Below are positions 1-9,634 of a stretch of 64,000 bases of DNA, in pieces; position 1 is the first letter of the stretch; every line of letters starts with the position of its first letter. The notes beneath the pieces were generated by a model that was not told where the DNA came from, made no database searches, and saw only the letters and a list, made by a program, of their open reading frames with translations. The position numbers and the translations under genes are program-made. The DNA comes from Bacteroidales bacterium (GTDB lineage Bacteria > Bacteroidota > Bacteroidia > Bacteroidales > Bacteroidaceae): the NCBI GenBank assembly GCA_004557185.1, contig SFEP01000002.1, forward strand, positions 8,672 to 72,671. Reading direction: 5' to 3'.

Positions 1-1424
1 AACACCTTGATGACGTCGCCGTCGGCCAGCGTCAACTGGTAGGTGGTAGAGCCTTGGTACTGGGGCTGTACCTGCGTGCCGTTCTGCAGCACCACGCAGG
101 TGCTGGGCTGTGCGAGACCAAGTTGGAAGTCGTTGTCGCCCTCATAGAACTCAACGCGCTGGTAACCCGTTACAGGGTCGATGCTGAAGCGGTCGGCGCG
201 CTGCAGAGACATATAATACTGTGCCAGCGAACGGTCGTCGACATAGAGCATGGCCACCTTGTCGCGTACGATGGCTGCGGTGCGGATGGTAATCTCCATA
301 CCGTCGGTAGCGTTGATGGTCTTGAAGCCGTCATACTCGCTGGAGATGGTAGCGTCGCCTGCGCTCAGTTCGGTGAGGTAGTAGCCATCGTTGGCCTTTA
401 CCTGCAGGATGGGGTTGCGCGAACTTACCTCGAGTTCATTGTCGCCCTCGGCCAAGGTAACGCGTTCGCCACTGTAGCTGTAGCCCTTGTAGAAGCTCAC
501 AGCTTCGGGGTTGTCCACATTCACCTTCACCTTGTAGGTACCAATCTTGGCTGCCTCAATGTAGAAGGTGGTCTCGCCCTTGATAATGGTGCTGTATCGG
601 CCCGCGAAGTACTCGGTATTGTCATTCACCTTGAAGGCATTGAAGGTGTAGTCGTTCTGGTTGCCTTCGATGGCGAGGGTCGAACCCATCATCACGGTGA
701 AGTTGTCGTCGTTGTAGTTCGTCACGGGCTGGCCGTCCACCGTAACGCTGGTGATGCTGCCCTTGGCTTCTTCGCTGCCATAGGTGAACTTCACAGCTAC
801 GGGCACTTCGGGGTAGTTGGCGTCAATCTTCACTACGTCGCCCTCGGCAACCGTTATATAATATTGTGTGCCACGGGCGCTCTGCACCTCGTCGTTGAGC
901 AGCACCTGATAGAGCGACGTCCTGTAATCCTTCGGCGAAATCATCAGCGGGTTCTCCTTGCTGCTGTCGAGCTTCACCGTGTTTTCGCCCGGCTGCAGTG
1001 TAACGTAGCTATAGGTGCCCGAACGCTGCACCGTTACCTTCTCGGGGGCGTCAACAATCACCTTGCAGGTCAGGTCGCGGGCTGCCTCAGCATCATAGGA
1101 ACGGATGTTCCAAGTAACACCATTGTAGCTGGAATAGATACCTACTGTCCACTCTGCCTTGTTACCGATGTATTCAGGATACTCGGAGTCGGTGCGCTGG
1201 ATGTTCTCGAAGAGGTAATCGCCCACCGTCTTCACAATGACATTGGTGTATTCGGGAGCGGTAATCACGTTGTCGCCGGTCACGAGGTCGGTCTTCTCTT
1301 CCTGGCCCACGAGCACCTGGTAGCGTGAAGCGTCGTCCAAGTTAAGCGTAATCGTGTAGTCGTCTGCCTGCATCGACAGTGCGCTCAACATTACACCCAA
1401 CAAAAGAAAGTAGAATTTCTTCAT
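1..1424 (-). CDS. Secreted/surface protein with repeated beta-rich domains (partial; 3' end runs off the window)
   Basis: Not in the ORF track. ATG at 1424 gives MKKFYFLLLGVMLSALSMQA (signal peptide) then DDYTITLNLDDASRY..., and the frame is open to base 1 (...ADGDVIKV). Recurrent motifs VDxPExV...L..GxN and Y.i.la.GDV.k. Confidence 0.8.
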   Translation of the reverse strand, partial: MKKFYFLLLGVMLSALSMQADDYTITLNLDDASRYQVLVGQEEKTDLVTGDNVITAPEYTNVIVKTVGDYLFENIQRTDSEYPEYIGNKAEWTVGIYSSYNGVTWNIRSYDAEAARDLTCKVIVDAPEKVTVQRSGTYSYVTLQPGENTVKLDSSKENPLMISPKDYRTSLYQVLLNDEVQSARGTQYYITVAEGDVVKIDANYPEVPVAVKFTYGSEEAKGSITSVTVDGQPVTNYNDDNFTVMMGSTLAIEGNQNDYTFNAFKVNDNTEYFAGRYSTIIKGETTFYIEAAKIGTYKVKVNVDNPEAVSFYKGYSYSGERVTLAEGDNELEVSSRNPILQVKANDGYYLTELSAGDATISSEYDGFKTINATDGMEITIRTAAIVRDKVAMLYVDDRSLAQYYMSLQRADRFSIDPVTGYQRVEFYEGDNDFQLGLAQPSTCVVLQNGTQVQPQYQGSTTYQLTLADGDVIKV

Positions 1425-1660
1425 AATTGGTAGAATTAGTTGATATATAGTTAGTAGTTAGTCTTGTTTTATGCTGATGTGCAACGCGTTCTGTGAATAA
1501 AAGCATACGTCGCATAAAGTGAATAGGTGGCAAAATTGTAAAAAAGTCTTTTTCTAAACAAACTTCTGCGGCGATTTTTTACAACCGCGTACGTTTTTTC
1601 GACCAAGGCGGGAATTTTCACTCCCGAAATCGGGATGCGATTGACGGGCAGCGAGGTATG

Positions 1661-2845
1661 TCAGAAGAGCGTGCGCAAATCGAGGCTGAGGAAATCGGCC
1701 AGACTGATGCCGCCATCGCCCACAATGAACGCGGCGCGCGGCTGGAAGGCATCGCGAAACTTCTGCAAACCAGCGGTCTGCTTCTCTGCGTTGCTCTTCA
1801 CCTCGATGGCCACCATCTGACCGCGATAACGCAGCACGAAGTCGACCTCGTCGTTACGCTCGCGCCAATAATACACTTCCATACCATACATAAACGCCTG
1901 GCTCACCAAGTAAGCACCTATGCCCGACTCCACGAAGTGCCCCCACGTTTTGCGGTCGACCATAGCCTGTTCAAAGGTCAAATGGGTTTGCGCCGTGCAA
2001 AGGGCGTTGTTGTAGACCTGGAACTTGGGGATGCTTGCCCTGCGCCGTGCAAGGTCTACGCTGTACTTGCTCAGAGCGCACAGCAAACCGCTGTCGCCAA
2101 GCAGGTTGAGGTAGCCCGCGAGCGTGGTCGTGTTGCCCGCATCCTGCAAGGCGCCCAGCATTTTGGTGAACGAGAGAATGCGCCCCGAATAGGCCGTTCC
2201 GAGTTCAAAAGCCTGACGCAGCAGCGCGGGCTTGCCGATGGGTGTATCCACAAGGATGTCGCGGCTGATGGTTGCCTCAACTATCGACGAACTGACATAC
2301 TGCTGGTAACGCTCCATGTCGTCGATGAGCGTGGCCGCGCCGGGATAACCGCCGAAAAAGAGATACTGTTCGAGCGAGAAACCGAAGGCGTCGCGCATCT
2401 CGGCATACCCCCAATGACTCATGCGTATTTCCTCGAAGCGCCCGGCAAGCGACTCCGACAGGCCGCGCTTCAAGAGTACACGGCTGCTTCCCAGCAGCAA
2501 CACCTTGACGGGCAGACGGTTGAAGGTGTCGGCATCCCACTCTTTCTTCACGGCCTCGCTCCAATTATCTATCTTCTGCACCTCGTCGAGCACAAGCACG
2601 GCACTCCCCCACCCCTTGGCAGCCATCAGCGTGCGCAGTGCAGCCCAACAGTCGCTTATCCAGGTGTTACCCGATGAGATAATGTTGTCGGCAGAATAGT
2701 ACTGCCAAGGCTCTTGCAGGTCATCCAAAACCTGTCGCACGAGGGTCGATTTTCCTATCTGACGTGCACCTGTGATGACCTGAATGAACCTTCTCGGCTC
2801 TTCCAACCTCGTTTTAACTAACTGATACTGTGTTCTTTTATACAT
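1661..2845 (-). CDS. AAA+ ATP-binding protein (AAA_14 + DUF4143 family)
   Basis: Walker A GARQIGKS, Walker B LDEVQ, GSS, GGYP, and C-terminal YYWRERNDEVDFV...IEVKS typical of this family. Confidence 0.9.
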   Translation of the reverse strand: MYKRTQYQLVKTRLEEPRRFIQVITGARQIGKSTLVRQVLDDLQEPWQYYSADNIISSGNTWISDCWAALRTLMAAKGWGSAVLVLDEVQKIDNWSEAVKKEWDADTFNRLPVKVLLLGSSRVLLKRGLSESLAGRFEEIRMSHWGYAEMRDAFGFSLEQYLFFGGYPGAATLIDDMERYQQYVSSSIVEATISRDILVDTPIGKPALLRQAFELGTAYSGRILSFTKMLGALQDAGNTTTLAGYLNLLGDSGLLCALSKYSVDLARRRASIPKFQVYNNALCTAQTHLTFEQAMVDRKTWGHFVESGIGAYLVSQAFMYGMEVYYWRERNDEVDFVLRYRGQMVAIEVKSNAEKQTAGLQKFRDAFQPRAAFIVGDGGISLADFLSLDLRTLF

Positions 2846-2851
2846 ACCCTT

Positions 2852-2903
2852 ACATTTTACTCAATGCGCTGCGTAATTTTACTCAATGCACTGAGTAAAA
2901 TGT
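2852..2903. promoter_or_regulatory. Palindromic/tandem operator-like site in the leader of the AAA_14 gene
   Basis: ACATTTTACTCA...TGAGTAAAATGT inverted repeat with internal 22-bp direct repeat TTTTACTCAATGC, lying between the -7 box (2911-2918) and the ATG (2845). Confidence 0.55.
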
Positions 2904-2910
2904 CGCACTG

Positions 2911-2918
2911 CAAAAATA
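2911..2918 (-). promoter_or_regulatory. Bacteroidota sigma-70 -7 box for the AAA_14 gene
   Basis: TATTTTTG on the minus strand matches TAnnTTTG. Confidence 0.55.
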
Positions 2919-3065
2919 GGCATTATTTCGCAGATGCTCACCCCGCCCCCGCCTTTTGATGCGCGGAGGTGGCCGAAGGAGGAAGACGGGACGCTGTTGT
3001 CCGCCTCTTCGCCACGCCTCTTCATGGCTTCAAAAGAGAAATCCGTGCCGAAAACGGGCTCCACG

Positions 3066-3155
3066 CGTTGCCCACGGCCATGGACAACGTTGATCACGGC
3101 CGTGGACAACGTTGCACACGGCCGTGGGCAACGTTGCACACGGCCGAGGACAACG
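3066..3155. repeat. Array of four 22-bp palindromic units (CGTTGCACACGGCCGTGGRCAA), copy 1
   Basis: Units start at 3066, 3088, 3110 and 3132; same family at 31937 and 51581. Confidence 0.9.
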
Positions 3156-3255
3156 CACCGGCGGCAGGGAGGCAACGCGCCATCATGTATGAGGCGGGAG
3201 ATGGGGAAACGGAATACTGGCGGCGGAGGTTGCCTTGCCACCACGCAGGCTGAAG

Positions 3256-3427
3256 CAACCTTTTCGTTAAGCCAAATGAGCAACGCCAAAGCCGAGAGGA
3301 TTTGAGCGATGCCATGGCAAGAAAAGGTCGGACGAACTCCAACCTTTTCGTTAAGCCAAATGAGCTCGCCCAAAGCCGAGAGGATTTGAGCGATGCCATG
3401 GCGAGAAAAGGTCGGATGGGATCCAAC
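3256..3427. repeat. Two tandem copies of an 84-bp intergenic element
   Basis: CAACCTTTTCGTTAAGCCAAATGAG...GCCATGGCRAGAAAAGGTCGGA at 3256 and 3340; third copy at 44020. Confidence 0.9.
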
Positions 3428-3543
3428 GATTTTGCGCAGCACAAGTTGACGCTGGCCCGTGAAAATGCAAGGCGGCAGGGTGGATGGTTGCCACTCTGCC
3501 GCCTTGCGGTATGGGAGGGTGCGCGAGAGGCGCACGTTGCTGC

Positions 3544-5739
3544 TTAGAACTGGTAACGATGGTCCTTCATCTTGGACATGTGCGTCATGAGGTAGATGAA
3601 GGCAGACTCGTAGGAGCGCTGACCGATGGTCTGCGACAGACGCTGCTGCTCAGCGGCCTTGTCGAACTTCTCCTGCGTCTTGGTTTCAGCCGTCACCTTC
3701 ACCATATACACGGCGCCGGCACCCTGCACAAGGCCCGAGGTCTTGCCCTTGCCCGTCTTGGCGAGGGCGGCAGAGAGAACGGGTTCGGGCACGTTGACGC
3801 CCGTCAACTGGGGATAGGAGGCAAAGGTCTGACCCGTGAGGGAACCCGTGACGGCGCCTTTCACCTTCTGCATATCGGCGATGCTCTTGGCGTTTTTGGC
3901 CATGTCCTTAGCCTTTGCGGCCTTCTTGTTCTGCTTCACCACGGCGGTGAGGAATTCCTTGACCTGGGCGTTGTCCCAAGGCAGGTATTTGTCATCGCAA
4001 ACGCCCGTTACTGCTGCTACAAGGAGGTGGTCGCTTTCACGGCCGCACTCGTAGAGTTTGCTCACGTCGCCCTTTTCAGCCTCGTCGAAAATCCAGCGGG
4101 CACATTCGCGCGACTGTGCACCACCGATGCGAGCGGGGATGAGGTTGTTTAAGGGGCTGTAGCCGGGCACGTCCATGAGCTCGTAGCCGCTCTTGGCAGC
4201 GTTCTTCTCGAGCGAGGGCACGTCCTTGTTCTGAGCGAGGAAGCGGTTGAGCTTGCCGAGTTCGTCTTCGTAGGTCTTCTTGCTGAAGCGCAGCGGGCAC
4301 TTGATGACGGCCACGTTGTACTTTGTCACCATTTTGCGACGATCGAGCACCTGCACTACGGCAGCCCCCATGTCGTTGCTGATGACCTGAGCCGAGCCCT
4401 TGCCAATTTCGAAGAGGGAACTGAGGTAGTGTACGCTCTCGTCGGGCATGCCGAAGCTTTCGTACTGGCTGGAGGTGAGCCAAACGGAGTCGGTGCGCTG
4501 GTTGTACTTCTTGGCGAGTTCGGCAAACGAAGCGCCTGCGTTGAGCGCCTTGAGGATGGAGTCGGCCTGTGCCTTGCGGGCAGCGGGGTCGGCAGCGGTG
4601 GCTGCAATCTGACGGTAGAGGATGGAGTCGGGAGCCTGCGTCTTGCCAATCAGCTTAAGCGTGTTGATGGTGTTGTCGGCTGCATAATAATAGGTTGCCT
4701 TGACGCTTCCCACGGCCATGGAGTCGAGGCTTCCCGACACGTCGAGCATGCGCTGGAAGGCGTTCTTGCTAAGGGGGAGGTTGGTGTAGAGCACGCTGGA
4801 GTTGCTGGTGCGCACGATGTTGGCCACATCGCCACCCTCGGCGAGCTGCTTTTCAAACTCCTGCACCTTGGCCATGAGTTCAGCGCGATCGGCTGCGCTG
4901 GCCACTACGTTGACGTCGATGAGCTTGATGTCACGCGTGGGAACGGGCTGGTAGAAGCGGTACTTGAAGTCGTTGTAGGCGGCTTTGATTTCGTCGTCGG
5001 TCACCTTGACGTCGTTGTCGGCGATGGAGGCATAGGGGATGGCGGCCACCTCGGCGCTACGCTCTGTGGCGCGCTCGTTGAAGTTCATCTGTGCTGCCAC
5101 GGGGTTAGAGGTGAAGCCCATGGAGAAGAGCATGCTGAACTTGTTGGCCAGGAGTTCGTCGCGGAGTTTCTTTTCGGAGAAGTCCCAGAGGCGCTTGATC
5201 ATCTGAATCTGCTCCACAGCCTCGTTGTTGCCAGCCTGCTGTGCCTGCGAGAGGGTTTTGTTGTATTCCTTGAGGAACTGCTGCAGTTGGGTGAGGTCGA
5301 AACGACCCGTCTGAGGGTTACCGAACACGCCGGCGAGCGTCTGGAGGCTCTGTGCCTGACCCAAGCGGAGTGCTTCCTGCACCTCGCCGTCGGTGACGTA
5401 AAGGCCGAGTTTGTCGCACTCGTGCTTGATTATCTGCTGCTCGACGAACTGACGCCATACCTGCTCACGAATCTGCTCGGTCTGCTGGTCGGTGAGGTTA
5501 GCGTCCTGTCCCTGCAACATGCGCTGCAACTTGGTGATTTCGCTCTGTTCTTCAACCAGCTGCTGGAAGTCCTGCACTGAGAGTTTCTCGCCATACACTT
5601 CGCCGACCTGGCTTCTTTCCATGTTGCTTGTCGTTTCGATGGAACGGAAGAACTCTTCGGCAATGAAAGCAAAGAGGGCAAGTCCCAAAACGCCCACAAG
5701 CAGGGCGCCTTTGCTTCGGATTGTTTGTAATGCTGCCAT
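3544..5739 (-). CDS. ppiD: SurA N-terminal domain peptidyl-prolyl isomerase / periplasmic chaperone (PpiD-like)
   Basis: MAALQTIRSKG N-terminus with TM anchor, SurA_N region, rotamase-like ASFAELAKKY, C-terminal D.RY.F as in Bacteroidales PpiD. Confidence 0.85.
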   Translation of the reverse strand: MAALQTIRSKGALLVGVLGLALFAFIAEEFFRSIETTSNMERSQVGEVYGEKLSVQDFQQLVEEQSEITKLQRMLQGQDANLTDQQTEQIREQVWRQFVEQQIIKHECDKLGLYVTDGEVQEALRLGQAQSLQTLAGVFGNPQTGRFDLTQLQQFLKEYNKTLSQAQQAGNNEAVEQIQMIKRLWDFSEKKLRDELLANKFSMLFSMGFTSNPVAAQMNFNERATERSAEVAAIPYASIADNDVKVTDDEIKAAYNDFKYRFYQPVPTRDIKLIDVNVVASAADRAELMAKVQEFEKQLAEGGDVANIVRTSNSSVLYTNLPLSKNAFQRMLDVSGSLDSMAVGSVKATYYYAADNTINTLKLIGKTQAPDSILYRQIAATAADPAARKAQADSILKALNAGASFAELAKKYNQRTDSVWLTSSQYESFGMPDESVHYLSSLFEIGKGSAQVISNDMGAAVVQVLDRRKMVTKYNVAVIKCPLRFSKKTYEDELGKLNRFLAQNKDVPSLEKNAAKSGYELMDVPGYSPLNNLIPARIGGAQSRECARWIFDEAEKGDVSKLYECGRESDHLLVAAVTGVCDDKYLPWDNAQVKEFLTAVVKQNKKAAKAKDMAKNAKSIADMQKVKGAVTGSLTGQTFASYPQLTGVNVPEPVLSAALAKTGKGKTSGLVQGAGAVYMVKVTAETKTQEKFDKAAEQQRLSQTIGQRSYESAFIYLMTHMSKMKDHRYQF

Positions 5740-5933
5740 TTAGAATGTAGTTGTTGTTATTTTTTGTTTTGTTGTTTCGTTTGCAGGGGCGCGGTGGCTG
5801 GGCCTCGGTGCTTGGGTAGCAGAGGCCAAAAGCAGGCCGCACACGGGTATAAGACGCGCAAAGGTAATGATTTTTCGTTTAACAGTACAAGCCACCAAGC
5901 AATAAGCACGACAAAAAGATGCTTTTTCGTGCT

Positions 5934-6596
5934 TTACGAGCCTCGCCGGCGGCTTACGGGGGCTTCGCGCTGAGGCAAGGTGTCGGTGGGCAGGGTGTCG
6001 GCTGGAGCGGGTGAGGCTACGGGTTCGGAGCCATAGTCGTTCATGGGCATGAAGCCCTTCGTCTGGCGCACATGATACTGCGTGAGTTCGTTGTTGCGTA
6101 TGACGGCTCTGAACCAGTTTCCCTCGATGGCCTCATCGGGCTTCATGAGTCGGGAGTAGACGTCGCTGCGGAGTTCGCCCGTTCGCATATCCCAGAAAAG
6201 TTCCTCGGTGAAGAGGCGCGTGGAGGCTTCCTCGTCGTGCATCGTGACGTGGCCGCGCAGTTCCCACAGGTTTTGGTCGAAAAGGTAGGCTGTGTCGGCC
6301 GTGATGTGTAGGTTGACACGGAACTTGTCGTCGTAGCGTTCGAGGAAGATGCCGCGGGGAAACTCCCAGCGCGGGGGCTGCGTTTTGTCGAACACGCGCC
6401 ATTCCTCGGCCACCATTTTGTAGCGCATCACGCCTGAGTCGGAGATGAGTTTCGACACGCCGAAGGTGGTCATGACAGGCATGGAGTCGCGCTGGGGCAT
6501 GGCATCGCCCATAGGCGGTGCCTCGCTGCCGCATCCCGCCAGGGCACTGAATGCCACGACGCCTATTATTATATAAGGAAGCAGAAATCTTGTCAT
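5934..6596 (-). CDS. lptC: LPS export ABC transporter periplasmic protein LptC
   Basis: Lipoprotein-like LAGC; ISDSG..RYK, FPRGI, ADTAY, LWELRGHV, TEELFWD motifs; position in the conserved operon. Confidence 0.85.
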   Translation of the reverse strand: MTRFLLPYIIIGVVAFSALAGCGSEAPPMGDAMPQRDSMPVMTTFGVSKLISDSGVMRYKMVAEEWRVFDKTQPPRWEFPRGIFLERYDDKFRVNLHITADTAYLFDQNLWELRGHVTMHDEEASTRLFTEELFWDMRTGELRSDVYSRLMKPDEAIEGNWFRAVIRNNELTQYHVRQTKGFMPMNDYGSEPVASPAPADTLPTDTLPQREAPVSRRRGS

Positions 6597-6616
6597 CGGC
6601 TAAGAGGGGGGCCGCC

Positions 6617-7930
6617 TTACTCGGCACGCCATTTCATGAACCAACGCTCGTTGAAGGAGAGACCGAGGCTCAGGCGGAAATAGTTTTCAGTGACCTGCCC
6701 TGCCATGCGCGGCTTGACGTGTTCATACTGGAAAGCCACGTTGAGCAGCGAGCGGTTGTTGTGCATGTTGATGATAGGGAGCGACACGCCGACGCTGGCC
6801 TGGTAGTCGCGCGGCCCGTCGTTACCGTCGATGCGGGTGTAGGGCGTGGTGTAGGCGAAGCCGACCTGGTAGCGCAAGAACTGGCGCCACTTCACGCCGT
6901 CGACGTTGGGCGTATATTCGGCTCCCACGCTGATGCGGTGCATGTGGCTGAACTGGCCTTTGCGCGCCTCATAGGACACGCTGCCATCGGGCTGCTGCAC
7001 CACTTGTGGGAATTTCACATCGCCCCACTTTTGGAACGTGTAGTCGGCGCCCACGCGCCATTTTTTGCCATACTCCCACGCCATGCCGGCGCCGAAGGTG
7101 TGGGGCAGTTCGAAGGCATTGCGTACACTGGCTGTATCGCCCCCCACCACGCTCCCCGAGGTGAGCATCTGGTTGTAAAAATAGGCGGTGCGGTTGACGC
7201 GGTGACCCAAGCCGTAGGTAAAGCCCAGTGTGAGCGTCTGCTTCTTGCCCAACGGCTGCACATACTGCAGGCCGAACGATGCCTTGTAGGTGCGTATCTC
7301 TGCCTGATACTGCTGCTGCGTGGTGCTGATGTTGGAATCGTCGAAGGTCATGGTGGAGGAGTGCTCCAGGTTGCCCCACAGGTAACCGATGTTGGCGCCC
7401 AGCGAGAGGAATTTCAAAGGAGCCCAACCCAAGCCGCCATATACCTCGTGCATTCCGCCGTCGCCGCTGTACGTACCCGTCTGCTTCACCTCGCCCACGG
7501 TGCCCGAGAGGGGTTTTTCGTACATTGTTTTATAGCCCACGGTGCTGAAAGGCATCAGGCCTAACGACATGCCCAAGCGGGGCGCTACGCGGAAGCCCAT
7601 ATTGAGGTAATCGATGGACGTGTTCTCGGCATTGGCTTTCCTGCCGCTCTGACTGAGGTTGCCGTGCTGCAGCGAGAGGCCCACATCAAAGAGGAAGGTG
7701 AGGGAGTCGATGGCCGAGTAGGAGGCGGGGTTTTTGCTGTTGACCTGCTTGCCATGACGCATGGCGTAGGCCGTGCCGGCCATGCCCTTGTTGAAGGCGT
7801 TGCCGCCATCGCCCAGCAGACCGAAACCATAGCGTGAATAAGGGGAGTTGCTACCGTTGGTCTGTGCGGCAGCTGTCAGGGCAAAGACCGCCAAGAGGGC
7901 GGCAAGTGCGATGTGACGAGGTTGTGTCAT
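6617..7930 (-). CDS. Outer-membrane beta-barrel protein (FadL/PorV-like family)
   Basis: Signal peptide then NSPYSRYGFG, GMAG, NPASY, and C-terminal FNERWF. Start placed at ATG 7930. Confidence 0.8.
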   Translation of the reverse strand: MTQPRHIALAALLAVFALTAAAQTNGSNSPYSRYGFGLLGDGGNAFNKGMAGTAYAMRHGKQVNSKNPASYSAIDSLTFLFDVGLSLQHGNLSQSGRKANAENTSIDYLNMGFRVAPRLGMSLGLMPFSTVGYKTMYEKPLSGTVGEVKQTGTYSGDGGMHEVYGGLGWAPLKFLSLGANIGYLWGNLEHSSTMTFDDSNISTTQQQYQAEIRTYKASFGLQYVQPLGKKQTLTLGFTYGLGHRVNRTAYFYNQMLTSGSVVGGDTASVRNAFELPHTFGAGMAWEYGKKWRVGADYTFQKWGDVKFPQVVQQPDGSVSYEARKGQFSHMHRISVGAEYTPNVDGVKWRQFLRYQVGFAYTTPYTRIDGNDGPRDYQASVGVSLPIINMHNNRSLLNVAFQYEHVKPRMAGQVTENYFRLSLGLSFNERWFMKWRAE

Positions 7931-7943
7931 GTGTGGGAAAATA

Positions 7944-8693
7944 TTACAACGCACCGTGGGCAGAAGCCTCGGTCGCTGCGGTATCGTGAAGTAGCAAATA
8001 GTTCAGCCCGATTTCCACAAGGCAGTCGTGCCTTTGCACGTGCAGGCCTTGCGCCAGACGGTAGGCATTGCCCCCTGTGAGGCACACCGTGCCTTGGGGG
8101 TGCTTGGTCTGCCATGCGGCAATGGTGCCCGCCACCTCGTATTCCATGCCGCCCAGCACGCCGCAGCGTATGGCGGTTTCGGTGTCGTAGCCCACCTCGG
8201 GGCGTTCGCCAGCAGCGCTCACCAGCGGCAGGGCGGCGGTTTGGTCGTGCAGGGCACGCAGACGGATGCCCAGTCCCGGACTGATGCTGCCGCCCAGATA
8301 GCGGCGGCGTTCGTCGACGTAATCGTAGGTGATGCAGGTGCCGGCATCGACCACCAGCAGCGCGCCCTGGGCGTAAAGCGAAGCTGCGCCCACCACAGCG
8401 GCCAGACGGTCGGCTCCCAGGGTGTGAGGGGTGCGGTAGAGGCTGACGAGCGGCGTGGGTGTGGCACCCGTAACGCGAAGCACGCGGGGAGCGATGCCCT
8501 GCAGCACGGTGTGATAAACGGGCTTATCGGCACCCACTATGCAGTAGGCGCAAGCATCGATGACGTGACCGGCGCAGTAGCGCACCAGGACGTCGGCAAA
8601 CGGCCCTTCGAGGCGTTGACGCGACAAGAGGCACGCACCGTCGAACAGCGCGGCCTTGACAGAACTGTTGCCGATGTCAACTACCAAATTCAT
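7944..8693 (-). CDS. coaX: Type III pantothenate kinase
   Basis: DIGNS, LGADR, DAGTCITYD, GGSISPG and TGG motifs. Confidence 0.95.
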   Translation of the reverse strand: MNLVVDIGNSSVKAALFDGACLLSRQRLEGPFADVLVRYCAGHVIDACAYCIVGADKPVYHTVLQGIAPRVLRVTGATPTPLVSLYRTPHTLGADRLAAVVGAASLYAQGALLVVDAGTCITYDYVDERRRYLGGSISPGLGIRLRALHDQTAALPLVSAAGERPEVGYDTETAIRCGVLGGMEYEVAGTIAAWQTKHPQGTVCLTGGNAYRLAQGLHVQRHDCLVEIGLNYLLLHDTAATEASAHGAL

Positions 8694-8857
8694 GATGCGG
8701 GCTATTTGCAGGTGGCAAAGTTAGCAGAAAGCCTGCGGCGGGCAAAGGAAAAAACTTTTTTTATGGCGCATGCCTCGCTTATCAGCCCTGCACCCATGCT
8801 GAGCGTTCTGCCATTTCCTACCTTAAAACAACTGCCTTGCCGAGGCTGCGCAAAGGG

Positions 8858-9589
8858 TTAGGGGAACTCAAAATGCTGGTAGTCCTTCACGCTGCGCCAG
8901 TCGCCACCCCACACGAAGCCTGCCTCGCGGAACAGGCGGTAGCACAGGTCCTGATGGTCAATTTTACCCACAAACTTCTCCTGCCTTCGGGCGTAGCGCT
9001 CGGCTGTGGCGGGCTGCACCACCTGCCGCCCCTGCCGGGTACGCACACAGGGGTTGAAGAGGGGGTTGACGTCGACGGCAAGACCGTAGCCATGCTTCGA
9101 CACGGTGCGTGTGCCTGCCACACGGCGGTAGTTGAAGGCCGAGGTGTTGTTGGCCCGCATGGAGCGTTCGTCATCAGCCTCGTAACAGTCAGCCAACCGC
9201 ATGCAGGCTATGGGATAACGTGCTTCGTAGAGGCGGCGGAAAATGTGGAGCAGCTTTTGCGCAATGCGGCGGTGGCACACCATCTCGCCCAGCGTGGTGC
9301 GCCCCTGCATGTCGCAGTGCAGCAGCTTGAGGTAGCGCAGGTCGGCCTTGGGCACAGGGCATCCCGCCTTGTAGGTGCGCCCTTGCATCTGTTGCCACAC
9401 GCTGGTGGGCACGGGTTCGGCCGTAAAGCACTTGTCGATGCCGTGGCGCTGCACGGCTGCGGTGCTCACCTTGGCGCCCGCCAGCCACTGTGCGAGTGTG
9501 TCGACCGCCACGGTCGGCAGGGCATGCAGCGGCGCTGCCCAAAGCATCAGGCAGAGCAGGCTATATATATAAGGAGTGGTTCGCATCAT
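8858..9589 (-). CDS. M15 family zinc metallopeptidase (peptidoglycan carboxy/endopeptidase)
   Basis: SKHGYGLAVD (SxHxxGxAxD) and WGGDW...DYQHFE motifs; signal peptide. Confidence 0.9.
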   Translation of the reverse strand: MMRTTPYIYSLLCLMLWAAPLHALPTVAVDTLAQWLAGAKVSTAAVQRHGIDKCFTAEPVPTSVWQQMQGRTYKAGCPVPKADLRYLKLLHCDMQGRTTLGEMVCHRRIAQKLLHIFRRLYEARYPIACMRLADCYEADDERSMRANNTSAFNYRRVAGTRTVSKHGYGLAVDVNPLFNPCVRTRQGRQVVQPATAERYARRQEKFVGKIDHQDLCYRLFREAGFVWGGDWRSVKDYQHFEFP

Positions 9590-9634
9590 CTTTCTCTATA
9601 GTTTGACGGGAACGCTAACCCTGCGTGGCAGGCC

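Noticed and set aside
54..1328. 424-aa plus-strand ORF, and similar long antisense ORFs (e.g. 10547-12322, 13533-15464, 24708-26438, 44435-46114, 52113-53786)
   Set aside because: They are antisense shadows of real genes, caused by C/G-ending codon bias; V/A/G/H-rich with no recognisable motifs.
3066..3427. Possible CRISPR array
   Set aside because: Units are contiguous tandem repeats with no unique spacers, and there are no cas genes in the window.
2879..3535. ORFs over repeat-rich intergenic regions (also 18875-19606, 31671-32263, 51470-51847)
   Set aside because: Their translations simply read the 21/22/84-bp repeats (VAHGRGQR, MARKGR), with no coding-like composition.
8858..9589. VanY/VanX glycopeptide resistance determinant
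   Set aside because: A lone M15 peptidase without van cluster genes; more likely routine cell-wall metabolism.
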